64,000 nucleotides of DNA from Octopus bimaculoides (GCF_001194135.2 NC_068990.1:88037504-88101503), one strand, 5' to 3'. Shown: positions 14,297 to 30,774, counted from the stretch's first letter. Notes: generated by a model not told the origin, from the sequence alone. A program made the numbers and translations.

Positions 14297-16207
14297 TACT
14301 CACATGCACACAGATATGCATATATGTGTGTGTGTCATATCTGTGTGGCTTATAAGTTGCTTCTGAACCATGTGATTTCAGGTTCAGCCCTACTGCGTGG
14401 CACCTTGGGCAAGTGCCTTCCACTATAACCCTATGCAGATCAAAGCCTTGTGAGTAGATCTGGTAAACAGAAGTTGAAAGAGACCCATAGTATATGTTTG
14501 TGCCTTCTTGTCTTGACATGTAATAACTGTAAGCAAGCATCACCTTCATACATACAAGCAGAGACGTTTGTTTCCACTCTTCCATGAAAACATGTCTGGC
14601 TATGAGAAAACATTGCCTTGCTTGGAAATAGGTGAGGGTTGGTGACAGGAAGGGCATCCAACCATAGAAAATCTGCCTCAACAACTCTCATCAGCCTCAT
14701 GCAGGCATTAAAAAGTGAACACTAAAATACTGATATTAATATGTATATATGTGTGTATATATTTCTGTGTTTACACAGATGTACGCATGTATAAGTAAGT
14801 ATATATTTATACCCATATACATACATATGTGCATGCGTGTGTGTGTGTGTGTGTGTGTGTACACACTACAATCTGACAAAAGCAAGGAAATAAAATTGTA
14901 AGCCTTTAAGTCACTCCTACAGCTATCTCAGCCTGTGGAAATAAACCCCTTCTAGAGCTGGTGCCATGATAAAATGTGCCCTTGTTTGCATGAGAAGTGT
15001 TCTTCTCTTTACACAACATTCTCTTTATATAAGCTGTGATATGAAGGGTATTTGATAGGTATTCTAATAAGTCTTGTAGATATGTCGGTACTTCCTTGTA
15101 GGCATAAATTTTACAATAAATACAAGAGAAACACTGCATAACATGAAGCTTAATTCATAAAACAATGACCAAGTTAACCTTATTAAAAACGTTCTTGTGG
15201 ATCTATCAACTGAAAGACACTTGCCCAAGGTGTCACACAGTGGGACTGAACTTGGAACCGTGTGGTTGGTAAGCAAGCTACTTACCACACAGTTACTCCT
15301 GTGCCTATGAGTATGCATGCTTCAATTCTTTCTAGTCTTAGAAGTCCTTTGCATCCAATGCACATATCTCACAGTTCATATACAAATATCCTACTATCTG
15401 AGAGAGAAATACTTTGGAACCAGTTCTCACTCTGGCGCCTATATTTTCTGACCATCCACTTCCACTGTTTATTAGGTCTTCTAGTAAATAGAAATTATCA
15501 ACTATTTCTCAGAGTCTTTCCAGATATTTCAAAGAAAGTATTCCTCGTATGTTTTTAGTACTTGTTACTCCTTCACATGTGTCAAAGTCTGCCTTCTACA
15601 ATAGCCTGCCTCTTTCCAGCTCAACAGTAAGACACTTGTTCCTGTTCTTCTATCATACATTAGCTTCTCAACACCTAGCATAAAGCTGCCTCTCCCTCCT
15701 CTACACTCCAAATCAGTCAAGGAGGTTTTCCATCTTGTCAGTAACTTGGTGACCTTACTAGTGATGGTGCAAAAAAAAAAAAGCATCCAGTACATGTTGT
15801 AAAATGAGTGGCATCAAAAAGAATATCCAGCTGTAGAAACTATGTATGTCAAAGCAGATACTGGAGCTTGAAACAGTTCCCCATCACATCAGATTTTGTT
15901 GAACCATTCAGTGTGGAAGACAACATATGATGTTAATGATATATATATATATATATTGCACACACACATACACCCAACACACACACACATTACACACACA
16001 CATACAACCACCACACACCACAAACAAAACTGTCCAATGAACGGGAACATGAAACTCTGAGTAACAGTTTTTGTGATATTTTTGCTACTTTTTAATAAAG
16101 CATATTACTCTACCTCTGGTATTCGAGTACTATTTTTTCCATCTTGTTTCACATTTATGAGCTTACTCTAGCATGTATATACATATATATGTATATACAT
16201 ATATATG

Positions 16208-16238
<31 letters not shown>

Positions 16239-17204
16239 NNNNNNNNNNNNNNNNNNNNNNNNNNNNNNNNNNNNNNNNNNNNNNNNNNNNNNNNNNNNNN
16301 NNNNNNNNNNNNNNNNNNNNNNNNNNNNNNNNNNNNNNNNNNNNNNNNNNNNNNNNNNNNNNNNNNNNNNNNNNNNNNNNNNNNNNNNNNNNNNNNNNNN
16401 NNNNNNNNNNNNNNNNNNNNNNNNNNNNNNNNNNNNNNNNNNNNNNNNNNNNNNNNNNNNNNNNNNNNNNNNNNNNNNNNNNNNNNNNNNNNNNNNNNNN
16501 NNNNNNNNNNNNNNNNNNNNNNNNNNNNNNNNNNNNNNNNNNNNNNNNNNNNNNNNNNNNNNNNNNNNNNNNNNNNNNNNNNNNNNNNNNNNNNNNNNNN
16601 NNNNNNNNNNNNNNNNNNNNNNNNNNNNNNNNNNNNNNNNNNNNNNNNNNNNNNNNNNNNNNNNNNNNNNNNNNNNNNNNNNNNNNNNNNNNNNNNNNNN
16701 NNNNNNNNNNNNNNNNNNNNNNNNNNNNNNNNNNNNNNNNNNNNNNNNNNNNNNNNNNNNNNNNNNNNNNNNNNNNNNNNNNNNNNNNNNNNNNNNNNNN
16801 NNNNNNNNNNNNNNNNNNNNNNNNNNNNNNNNNNNNNNNNNNNNNNNNNNNNNNNNNNNNNNNNNNNNNNNNNNNNNNNNNNNNNNNNNNNNNNNNNNNN
16901 NNNNNNNNNNNNNNNNNNNNNNNNNNNNNNNNNNNNNNNNNNNNNNNNNNNNNNNNNNNNNNNNNNNNNNNNNNNNNNNNNNNNNNNATATATATATATC
17001 ATCATCATCATCATCATCATCATCGTTTAATGATGATGATGATGATATATATATATATTTGTGTATGTGTGTGAGGATAACAAGAACAATAGTGCTGGTG
17101 TGTGTGTGTATGTATATGGATAGATAGATATTGATTTCATATGTAGGTGCAATGACAAATTCAAGGTGTAATCAAGTGATTACATTCACACCATCCCATT
17201 TCCC

Positions 17205-17254
<50 letters not shown>

Positions 17255-17279
17255 GCATCATCATCATCATCCATTAAAC

Positions 17280-17328
<49 letters not shown>

Positions 17329-17560
17329 GGGAAATGGGATGGTGTGAATGTAATCACTTGATTACACCTTGAATTTGTCATTGCACCTACATGAAACCCA
17401 AAAGGATGGAAGGTTAAATTAACCTCAATAATATTTTAACTTTGAAAATAAATGCAATACTTATTCTATGGATGTATGTATGCATGTATGTGGGTGTGTG
17501 TGTATAAATATATGTATATATATATATACATATATGTGTGTGTGTGTGTGTACATATATA

Positions 17561-18092
17561 CGAGGTGGTATCAAACAGTTCCCAGACTAGTTCAGTGGTG
17601 CGCCAACAGATGGCAGCACACAGCTGTGTGCACAGTGAGAGCCAGAAGTGACCCTCGTGAGGCAGTGTACCAAGTGACATCGCTGTGTTTACTTCACAAG
17701 TTGTGAAATTTGTGTCTTTGTGATCGTGTGTATGCTGTAGTCTGCGATTTTTGTTATGGACAGGAAGTTGGAACAAGGAGCCAATGTGAAATTTTGCTTT
17801 GAACTTGGGAAGTCTGCTACAGAGACATTGAGCATGCTTTGGCAAGCTTATGGCAAAGAGGCAATGGTTCATATGTTATATTTCATGTGCTCATAATGTT
17901 TTTGACGCCTGTGGTATTGTGCATCAAGAATTCGTCTCCCAGGGCCAGACCATCAAAAGAGAGTTCTTCTGCGATGTTTTGAAGCATTTGAGGGAGAACA
18001 TTCAGCAAAAGTGATTGAATCTATGGAGTGTGAAGAATTGGAATCTTCACAGCGACAATGCACCCTGTCACCAAGCTCTCCTCACTCATGAG
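17561..18092 (+). mobile_element. Internally deleted mariner transposon relic
   Basis: TA|CGAGG end. ATG at 17756 gives MDRKLEQGANVKFCFELGKSATETLSML (mariner HTH); downstream FDACGIVHQEF...LHSDNAPCH (catalytic region) carries a stop. Confidence 0.9.
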
Positions 18093-18511
18093 GCTCCAAT
18101 CTGATCTGACAAGGTTTCTATAGTTGGATGCCCTTCCTAATGCCAACTACTCCAAGAGTGTAGTGGGTGCTTTTTACATGTCACCAGCACAGGAGCCAGT
18201 CAGGTGGCACTGGCAACGATCCAAGGCCGACCAAAGCCTTGTGAGTGGATTTGGTAGATGGAAACTGAAAGAAGCCCGTCGTATATATGCATGTATACGT
18301 TTGTGTGTCTGTGTTTGTACCCCCAACGTCGCTTGACAACCGATGCTGGTGTGTTTATGTCCCCTTAACTTAGCGGTTCAGCAAAAGAGATCGATAGAAT
18401 CAGTCCTGGCTTACAAAGAATAAGTCCTGGGATCAATTTGCTCGACTAAAGGCGGTGCTCCAGCATGGCCACAGTCAAATGGCTGAAACAAGTAAAAGAG
18501 TATACACAATA

Positions 18512-18544
<33 letters not shown>

Positions 18545-19822
18545 GGAAAGGAAGAAACTTCAGCTTCAAGTAATTTAAATAAATACATAGCATTGTTTTA
18601 ACATTGTTGTATGGATAAGAAATTTGCTAAGCAAACATGGGTTTCTGGATTTACTTCCACTGTGCAGCATCATAGGCAAATGTTTTCTTTGAGTCTAGGG
18701 TTCTCCAATGACTGGTGAGAGAAGTTTGGTAGATTTAAACTGTACAAAAGCTCGCCATATATACACATATATTTATGTATATATATATGTGCATATACAT
18801 GTAAGCACATGTATATGTATGTACAAGTATTAATAGCATGTCTGTGTGTGCGTATGTGTATAGATTGGAAACCAAAAGAACTGAGTACTCTAAGACAGTA
18901 GAGAGTATTTGTGTTTTAAAATGAAATTATTCAGTATGTCACGTACTTACCAATCTCAACTTTACACTTTTATGAAGACACTTTGAGTTGTAATTACGTG
19001 ACATGTTAAATTTCTCAGCATAAAGTTATGTGTCTGTATATATATATATATGCATATAAAAATGTGTTTGAAAAACATTACTGATACATACATACACACA
19101 TATATTCTATGTAAAAAAATGTATACATTTATCATATATATATATATATATAAATAGATATAGATTGATGTATATATATATATATATATATGTTAATTCT
19201 CTAAATGAAGTATTAACAGTAACTGCACGATAAAGTGTAGTATATTGCCACTTAAGTGTGGCTGACCCCTAGGGGTGGATGTTACTGTTGCTTTTAGCCC
19301 CAGGAGGACATCTCCTCCAGCTGGCTTATCGACACACGACTGTGTCCTGTTTGCCAAGGGAAGTTATCCCTCTCACCTCGATCTGCAGCACGAACCCTGA
19401 AATCCGGATACGTTCGTGCTGCAGATCGAGGTGAGAGGGATAACTTCCCTTGGCAAACAGGACACNNNNNNNNNNNNNNNNNNNNNNNNNNNNNNNNNNN
19501 NNNNNNNNNNNNNNNNNNNNNNNNNNNNNNNNNNNNNNNNNNNNNNNNNNNNNNNNNNNNNNNNNNNNNNNNNNNNNNNNNNNNNNNNNNNNNNNNNNNN
19601 NNNNNNNNNNNNNNNNNNNNNNNNNNNNNNNNNNNNNNNNNNNNNNNNNNNNNNNNNNNNNNNNNNNNNNNNNNNNNNNNNNNNNNNNNNNNNNNNNNNN
19701 NNNNNNNNNNNNNNNNNNNNNNNNNNNNNNNNNNNNNNNNNNNNNNNNNNNNNNNNNNNNNNNNNNNNNNNNNNNNNNNNNNNNNNNNNNNNNNNNNNNN
19801 NNNNNNNNNNNNNNNNTATATA

Positions 19823-19856
<34 letters not shown>

Positions 19857-20962
19857 CAACTAGTTAACTGATCAAGTAGTTAATTAATCAATTGTTTGAT
19901 TAATTGTTTTGTCAATCAATCAACAAGCTGATTGATTAATTGTATATATACACATGCGTAAATGGGTGTAAGTACATTTAAAACATACACATTTAAAATA
20001 TACACACACATATATTTATATGTATACATTTATGTATATATATCTTTCTTATCACCTGTTTATCATTTTTACCTCTTGCTATTATGCAAAATGATAAATT
20101 GGTGATAGTAAATATGTTAAATAAGAGAGATTCATCTCCCTGCTCCCATTTTAATATCCATTCTGCTACGCTTGCAGGAGGGGTTGGATTTCCCCCAGAT
20201 CAAAGTGACCCAATATAGGCTCTCTCATTGGCTCATAAACATTTGTTGTTGTTGTTCCCAGGTAAGCCTTGAACCAGCATATCTCAGCCATGACCGTCCC
20301 ATTTGGTGCATGTGTATGTCAGGGACTAATTGCATTCATTTTTGTCCTTCCATTTTTAAGATGGTAGGATGTAATTTGAGGAAGATTAGGCTGCTATTCA
20401 GGTCAAAGAGATCGTTTAGATGCTCTTTCATTGGCTCAAATTGGTTACGTTTATTATAGCACAATCTATGAAATGTGAAACAGATGGTTGGAACCCTAGA
20501 AGTAAAACATTAAATCAATAAACTTCCTTTGCCCTGAATATCAGACTACTAGGCACAGGCATGGGTGTGTGGTTAAGAAATTTGCTTTCCAACCACACAG
20601 CCTGGGGTCACTCTTACTACATGAAACTTTGGACAAGTGCTTTCTATTATACCCCCAAGCAGTCATGCCTTGTGAGTGAATTTAGTAGATGGAAACTGAA
20701 TGAATCCCATCAATATGTGTGTGTGAAAGAAAGAGAAAGAGAGCCCTTATGATCGTAAGATTGTAGTTTTGATTCATAGAATGGGCAATGCATTGTGTTC
20801 TTGAACAAATTCTTCATTTCACATTGCTCTGGTTCATTCAGCTGCCAAAAATGAGTAATCCTGCAATGGAAAAGCATTCCCCAGGGCAGGGAATAAATAA
20901 GACACAGAAACTGGTGTTACGAGCCTATGGCTTAGTGAAGGACCTTTTATCTTTTTGCACAC

Positions 20963-21178
20963 CCTAACAGTTGAGGGAACCCGTGGAAGAGGTAGGCCCA
21001 GGAAGACCTGGGCTGAGGTGGTGAGGCAAGACCTTCGTACATTGGGCCTCACCGAGGCGATGACTACGGACCGAGACCTTTGGAAATGGGCTGTGCGTGA
21101 GAAGACCCGGCAAGCCAAGTAAGATCGTTGCCAGTGCCCCTGGACTGGTTCTTGTGCGGGTGGCACATGAGATGCACC
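20963..21178 (+). mobile_element. RTE LINE 3' end
   Basis: LTVEGTRGRGRPRKTWAEVVRQDLRTLGL...DRDLWK-stop, then 3' UTR up to a gap. Confidence 0.85.
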
Positions 21179-23933
21179 NNNNNNNNNNNNNNNNNNNNNN
21201 NNNNNNNNNNNNNNNNNNNNNNNNNNNNNNNNNNNNNNNNNNNNNNNNNNNNNNNNNNNNNNNNNNNNNNNNNNNNNNNNNNNNNNNNNNNNNNNNNNNN
21301 NNNNNNNNNNNNNNNNNNNNNNNNNNNNNNNNNNNNNNNNNNNNNNNNNNNNNNNNNNNNNNNNNNNNNNNNNNNNNNNNNNTATATATATATAGTGGCA
21401 TTAGAAAGGACATCCAAGTCAAATCAAACAATAGTTTGGTACAGCTCTCCAGCTTGCTAGCTCTGGTCAAACCAGCCAACCCATGCCAGCATGGAAAACA
21501 GATGTTAAAGGATGGCAATGATGATGATGATGATGATGATATACATAGGGTGAGGTTGTGTCTCCTTGTCTTGACATTATGGAACAGTTATAAACATATA
21601 GCACTGTTTTCATCGAAGCATTTCTAATCTCCCATAAAAGCGTCCAACCAGTGACAGGTATTACCTTGTTTTGAAACACAAGGGATGACAACCTGAAGAG
21701 GACCTAGTCAGAGAAAATCTGTTGACATGAATTCCATCAGAACTAACCAAGCTTGGAAAAGTGAACATTAAAACAATGATGATAGGCCAGCAACAAGACT
21801 TAAATCCTTCACTGCTAGAGATAGCAGCTGTTCACTAACTTCTACACAAATTTGAAAGCCACATAGGACAAGGGGTACAGACTGAAACAAGGTTATACAA
21901 AGGTCAAATTGTCCATGCTATTGATTGTTATTATTAATCTTATTCGTTAGTTAATTCATTAGAGCTAGTCGGATTAGAAACACTAATTAGTGTATCAGAT
22001 AAAAAAAATCTGTTGCTTATTTGCTCATTTCTTTCTTTCTGTTTTCATTGTATTGTTGTTTTTTTTATATTATTTTGCTTCTTTAATATTTTTTTAACTT
22101 TTTTATTGTTAAGCCTCATTGAATAAATGTGCTATAGTGTGTATGTATATGTGGGAATGTAAGTATATGTGTATGTATACATAGGTATGTGCATGTATGT
22201 ATATATGTGTGTGTGTGTGTGTATATATGTGTGCACATACGTACACAAGTGGATAATCCTACTGAATCCAAAGCAGATTTCAAGCCATTTTGTTTATCTT
22301 TAATACAAGGTTTCTTTACAGCTCAATCAATACATACATAGAAGAACTGAAGACCCTAGTTCTAAAAGTACTTAGGTCACATGACAGTCAGTATGGCTTA
22401 GGCACTTTTAGCAGTAGGGCTTTCTGTTGCATTGCATGCTCTATGTGTGTGTGTGTGTGTGTGTCTGTCTGTCTGTCTGTCTGTCTGCCTGTTAGTCTGG
22501 TAATCTCTTAACTCATCAGAAATGTTTAAAACTATTACTGATGAGCTAAGAAATATATATAACATAATACTATGTAATGTAATACACATTCTACATGTAT
22601 TAAGTCCTTTCATGTTCCATTGGATTTTTATTTTTATATGCTACTGTCCAACCATCTCCTACCAATACAGATATTTTCCTTTTTTTTACTTTATAAGATG
22701 TCTTCGAAATTTGAATCACTTTCTGAAAGTAGTTCTAAAGTAGAAATTATCTTAGCTGAGACCCCCAAGTGTTAAAACCATCTGTAAAGAGTCTATGTTT
22801 TAGTATCTAAATAAAACAGTTGTGGGTCTATCAACCCCTTAAGATCTTCATAGAAGAGGGTTTTGTCATCAGCATGCAATAAATATTGACTATCATCTGC
22901 ATCAACTTTAAATTTCACATCCTGCATCATTGCTGAATGAGATTGCTTCAGCCTCTATCCTTTGATCTTCCTTAACTACGATTTTTTCCAAACTTCAATC
23001 AAACATGCAGATTTAACTTCTTATGAAGCATCTTTAATATTCTATTTTGCTTGCATAATGCTGTAATTTTTTCAGAATACTGTGACAGATTGATGTTTAT
23101 CATCAGTTGCGGTAATCAACTGACTTAAAGTTTTCCTAAGATAATGCACCGTGAAAACAAAATTAACTCCCTGATTCGTAGGGTCAATAGTAATGAACTT
23201 GTGTTTGATGGAATGAAAACAACTTCGGCAAGTACCCAGATTTGGAGTTAATCAAGATTTGAAGGATGATCAGGAGCATTGTCTAAAAGTGGAAATGCCT
23301 TAAGCTTAAAATAATTTTCAAACAGTAACATTTGACATTAGGGCAAAAATGTTCAGTGAATCTTTCTGTAAGCAAATTATATGTAATTCAAGGCTTTTTT
23401 GTTAGATTTCAATAGAATAGGTAATCAAAACTTGGAGATGCTTTTCATAAGCTTGAGAATGATAGAATGATGAACAAGCAATGAATTAAGCTTCTAGTCT
23501 CCGGTGGCATTTACTCCTAACAACAATGTTGGACAACATTTTCCTGTTAAAACTCATTTTTCCTCTTTTGGGATTAGAGTTTCAAAATGTAAGCATGTTC
23601 AAAATAGCCTCTATTTATTTACTGTGAAAATAGATTTTACAACATCCTTCAGTTGTGCTGGAAATTCCAATACTTGGATATCAAACTTGCTGATTAATAT
23701 TTTATGGAATTTTTGTTGCCAATTGGACCTTTAACAGACAGGATTTTTTTTTCCAGCCTCTAATGAAATCTTGACATTTTAAAATATTTTTTGCATGTTC
23801 TATGTTTTCCTTGTTTTGACTGTCACTTCTATGAAAAAACTAGAAACATGAAACTTTGGAATAACAGTTTGCGAAACTTTCAGCTTATATAAATGCACAA
23901 ACACACACACACACACACACACACACTTAGTGA

Positions 23934-24920
<987 letters not shown>

Positions 24921-25479
24921 TAATTATTTAAAAAAATAAAAAATTTTAAATTACTATATGTGAAAATATATAAAATATATGTGTGTGTGTATATATATTA
25001 ATATGTATATACCTAAAGATATACATACACACACAAATATATATATATACATATAGACACATAAAAAAATTCATATATATACACATACATATATTTATAT
25101 ATACCTATGTATGTATTTATGCATGAGTATATTGGTGAGTCCCATAGTCTATTGGGTCATTGTCGGGGCACTTGTGGAGACTTAGTCTTCAAACAATGTG
25201 TCTAGGGCAAGCCAGCCCTATCCTTCTCCTAGCTATTTATACCTATGGTAGGATTTGAACTCAGCACTGCAAGATAAGAACTCATTATTTAGACAGCACT
25301 CATTGCAACTTACAGCGTTAAGCTACGCCTACCTGTGGTACTAATTTACAGCTAGGTGGACTGAGTCAGTGAGAGTCAAGTATCTTGGCCTTTGACACAG
25401 AGCAGCACCATTGGCTGGATGCAAACCATCACATTTTAAAACAGCAGCCTGACACCCAATCAACTTGGCTAGCTGTAAC

Positions 25480-25497
25480 TCATATATATATATATAT

Positions 25498-25542
<45 letters not shown>

Positions 25543-26077
25543 NNNNNNNNNNNNNNNNNNNNNNNNNNNNNNNNNNNNNNNNNNNNNNNNNNNNNNNNNN
25601 NNNNNNNNNNNNNNNNNNNNNNNNNNNNNNNNNNNNNNNNNNNNNNNNNNNNNNNNNNNNNNNNNNNNNNNNNNNNNNNNNNNNNNNNNNNNNNNNNNNN
25701 NNNNNNNNNNNNNNNNTATACATATATACATATACATGTATGTATTTATAGGTGTGCGTATGCGAGTATATATATATATATATATATATACAAGTATGTA
25801 TGTATGTGTGTGTATATATACATATATATATGCAAGCATATATACACATATATGTATGTATATATATATATTCACATGGAAACATACAAATATATGTATA
25901 CAAATATTTATATATTCAATACATACATAAACACGTTTATATAAGTTGTGTGTGCATATATATGCATACATACATAAACATGTGCGTATATACAGATATA
26001 TAGATATATATATATATATAAACATTTGCATATATATATGCGTATATAGGCATGTGTATAACAATATATGTATATAT

Positions 26078-26109
<32 letters not shown>

Positions 26110-26144
26110 TTGCATGTATATACATATATATATGGAAGTGTTTT

Positions 26145-26187
<43 letters not shown>

Positions 26188-26329
26188 NNNNNNNNNNATA
26201 TATATATATATATATATATGTATATACATATATATATATATGCATGTGTGTAAATATACATATACATGTATATATATATGCACATATATATGCATATATA
26301 TATATATATATACACACATGTATATGTAT

Positions 26330-26373
<44 letters not shown>

Positions 26374-26424
26374 GCATATATATATATTCACATATATATA
26401 TGCATATATATATTTAGTGCATAT

Positions 26425-26495
<71 letters not shown>

Positions 26496-27297
26496 GCATA
26501 TATATATATATATGTATATATATATTTATATATATAAATGCATATACATATAAATGCACATACATATATATATATATATATATTTATATATAGATATATA
26601 TAAATGCATATATATACATATATATGCATATATATATAGATATATATGCATATATATGTATATATATATATAAATATATATGCATTTATATATATATATA
26701 TGCATATATATTTATATATAGATAGATATATGCATGTGTATATATATATATATATATANNNNNNNNNNATGTATTTGTACACATATATATATATATATAT
26801 ATATGTTTACATATACATGTATGTATATGTGTGCATAAATATATATGTGAACATGTATGTATGTATATATATGTACGTTTACACACATACACATATATAC
26901 ATATATATGTACTCAAATATAACACACAAATTCACTCATACACACACACACATATATCTTATATGCATGTGTGTATGTGCATGACTGTATATGTGTGTAA
27001 GTGTGTATGTGTGAGTGTGTGTTGTGTTATAATTTATCTATTTGGCTTTGGAGGAAAGAAAACTATCTAACAAACAAAAAAAAACACAAAGAAAATGAGA
27101 TATGTAATAAAAATTGAAGTTATGAGTTGTGTATTTTATCACTGATTTCTAATTATTTAATGAACTATTCTTTCATTTCACTAATGATGCTTTGCATTAA
27201 TTTAATATTTATTATGCTCAGTTGAAATATTTCATTGATATTACATGTACATTACATGCATACATTTATATTTACATATGTTTACACGTGTGCATCA

Positions 27298-27340
<43 letters not shown>

Positions 27341-27354
27341 GATGTATATATATA

Positions 27355-27446
<92 letters not shown>

Positions 27447-27510
27447 TAGGTATATATATGCATATATATGTTTGTATATATGTGTGTGTATATATATATA
27501 TATGTATGTT

Positions 27511-27541
<31 letters not shown>

Positions 27542-27680
27542 ATATATATATGTGTGTGTGTATGTGTTTATACATACATGTGTATGTGTGTATAAGTATG
27601 TATTTATACATATATATGTGCGTCTATATATACATATATAAATATATATATATATATATACTCATGTATAAATTTTAACA
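25480..27680. repeat. Long compound (TA)/(TG)/(CA) microsatellite block with gaps, downstream of the K2P stop
   Basis: Almost continuous dinucleotide repeats. Confidence 0.95.
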
Positions 27681-28394
27681 CAGATACATATATATGTTGC
27701 TTTTGTGATTTTTTTCTTCTTCTTTAGAATCTTTTTAATCTTTTAAATTATCACTAAAACCTATTTTTAAAAAAAAGAAAAACAAAAACAACCACCACAT
27801 TATCAACAAAATACAATTTCAACTAAAAGCTAAAAAAAAAAAATGAATCGATTGGGGTGTAGCACTGCCAAATTGAACCTTGCTGCCTCTAATATCTCCT
27901 TGATTAATCTTACTCTCATCATCTACTTCTTTGTTTTTTCTTGTTTTTTTACTTTTTTTGTTCTTTTGAGTTGAATTTTTTCTTTTAAAATTATTCATTG
28001 TTTTGTTGATTTTAATTTAAATGTTTATTTTTTTTTTCTGTTATATTTTGTCATTTTTATCAATGAAGTTACCCCCAAGTCCTTCTGTTCTCTATCTTCT
28101 ATCTATCTATATCTATCTCTTCATCACATTTTTTCTTGTTTTTTTTTTTGTTTTGTTTTTTGCAACATCCCCTACCTCCAGATTGGTGCTGTTTTTCCTT
28201 TGTTGCAGATATCCTGGTATTTATGATGAAATAAATTTTGAAAAAAAAAAAAATAATATATTATATGCATATATATATATTTCTGGATTTTTCTACAAAT
28301 TAATAACACAACAATAATTTTAGAATTCATTCAAATATAAATGCGCTACAATTCTAAAATGTCTAAATGAATTCTAGGATTTCCTACAATACTC

Positions 28395-29045
28395 ATAATA
28401 TTGGTTTCAAATTTTAGCCCTCGGCCAGCAATTTTGGAGGAGGTGTAAGCCAATTACATCGACATCAACCCCAGTGCTCAACTGGTACTTACTTTATCAA
28501 TCCTGAAAGGGATGAAATGCAAAGTCGACCTCAGCAGAATTTGTACTCAGAACATGCAGTTGGACAAAATGTGACTGAAAAGCATTTTGCTACCCTAATA
28601 ATTCTTTCTAATATTAGCACAAGGCCAGTAATTTTGACGGAAGGTGACAAGTTGATAACATTGACCCCAGTACTTGACTGATACTTTATTTTACTGACCC
28701 TGGAAGGATGGAAGACAAAGTTAACATCAGTAAGATTTGAGCTCAGGACATAAAGAGCAGAAGAAATGTTTGCTAAGCATTTTGTGGGACATGCTAATGA
28801 TTCAGCCAGCTCACGGCCCTCTTACTAGTAACAATAGTGACAACAATAATACCGAAATCCCAGTCTTAGTATTAATAATGATGATGATGGTAATAATCAT
28901 TTCTATTATAGGAACAAGGCCTAAGATTTGAGGGGAAGGGGCTAGTTGACCACATCAACCCTCAATGCTCAACTAATACTTATTTTAACAAACCTGAAAG
29001 GATGAAAGGTGAACTGGCAGGCTAACCATTCTGCCAGCTCACTGC
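28395..29045 (-). mobile_element. Three head-to-tail copies of the Deu/Nin-like SINE
   Basis: Core repeated near 28460, 28660 and 28950, separated by (AAT)n. Confidence 0.7.
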
Positions 29046-29051
29046 CTTAAC

Positions 29052-29125
<74 letters not shown>

Positions 29126-29723
29126 TAATAATATGATGATGATGACGACAACAACGATGATGACAGTGGCAGTGATGATGACAGAAGATAGTACAGAGAC
29201 ACCAGCAACAACAGCTAGAGAAAAAGAGGAAAATAACTAGAATTGTTATAGAAAATCTAGTACAAAGTAAGAAAATGTGTGGAAATAAGAGAGAGAGAGA
29301 GAAAGAGAACATTTGATTGAGTTTTAATGCAGGAGATAGTTGCAAAGATGCTAACTTTTTTCTTACTCTTAACCCCTATTGTAATCAATATGATATTGCA
29401 CTATTCACATTTGCAAAACAAAGAAACATGTCTATACACTATTATATATGAAATACGCTTGTTTCACCATGTTGCGTAATGGGAAGTCAAATTAAAGTAG
29501 AAGGAAATATCAAGGAAAATTTGGTGAGGGCTGATTTCAAAATGGTACAAAAAAATTGTTGACACTAGTAAGATATTCGGGGGAGATTAAGTGAAAATGA
29601 TTTAGTTTGTTTTACTTGGGAGCTAGTTGGACAGGATTTATAACAGTGTGGTGTCATGATGGAAATGGTTATGTATGTATATGTGTGTGTGTGAGTATAT
29701 ATATATATATATATATATGTATA

Positions 29724-29957
29724 CTGCATTGGCTAAAAGTCACCTGACAGTAAATAAAAATTCTATAAATGCTATCTATAATTCTGTATTGACTCGAATG
29801 GAAAAATGTGTCGCTCAAAGAAAGACTTCAATTTGAACAATTTTCGTGATGTTTCATATTTAGATGCTGCTTTTAAATTCATCCAGTTGTTAAACATAAA
29901 TAAAACTTGGAATTAAATGGCTTTGATTTACTATCAGGTGACTTTTGGCCAACCCTG
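29724..29957. mobile_element. Tc1/mariner-type MITE
   Basis: ~30-bp imperfect TIR (CAGGGTTGGCCAAAAGTCACCTGA), TA on both sides. Confidence 0.75.
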
Positions 29958-30774
29958 TATATATATATATATATATATTTATATATACGATGGGCTTCTT
30001 TCAGTTTTCTTCTACCAAATCCACTCACAAGTCTTTGGTCGACCTGAGGCTATAGTAGAAGGTGCCATGCAGTGGGACTGAACCCAGAACCATATCGTTG
30101 GGAAGTAAGCTTCTTATCACATAGCCACGACTGCAGCTATATATGTATACACACACACATACATGACAAGCTTCTTTCAGTTTCCATCTACCAAATCCAC
30201 TCATAACGCTTTGTTCGACCCAGGGTACCCACTTCCTTATAGTTTAATCATCACTTATGCACTCGCACATTAATACATACATGCATACATATGCACTACA
30301 AGATGATTTGCAAATGCCATCACAGACAAGCTATTGTTTTAGGTCAGACCCAATCACATGACTTGAAAAATAATGCGAGAGAATATTGTAGTTATCTCCC
30401 TTTTTGACGAAAATTAATTTTGGTTGAGTTACTTCCCTCGAACCATAGCAATGCCTAAACGTTACACCCTGCAACCAAACTCTTATCACGTGGCTCGGTA
30501 TATAGACTTGGATTCTAGTTTACAGCAACCAATAAGGAACCATCTTTCAAACTGACAACTGCTAAAGATTTATTCATCCCAAATGTCTACATGGGAGTCA
30601 TTAATTGCTAATATATATATATATTCGACAAAACATATTGTGTATTTTCTCTTGTTTGGGCAACGTTTTCTACAACATGGTAAATACACACACATATTTA
30701 CATATTCATATCTGTTTTGTTCCATACCCGCACATAGGTAAGACGAATATGCCAACACTCACTTGTTTTTCAAG

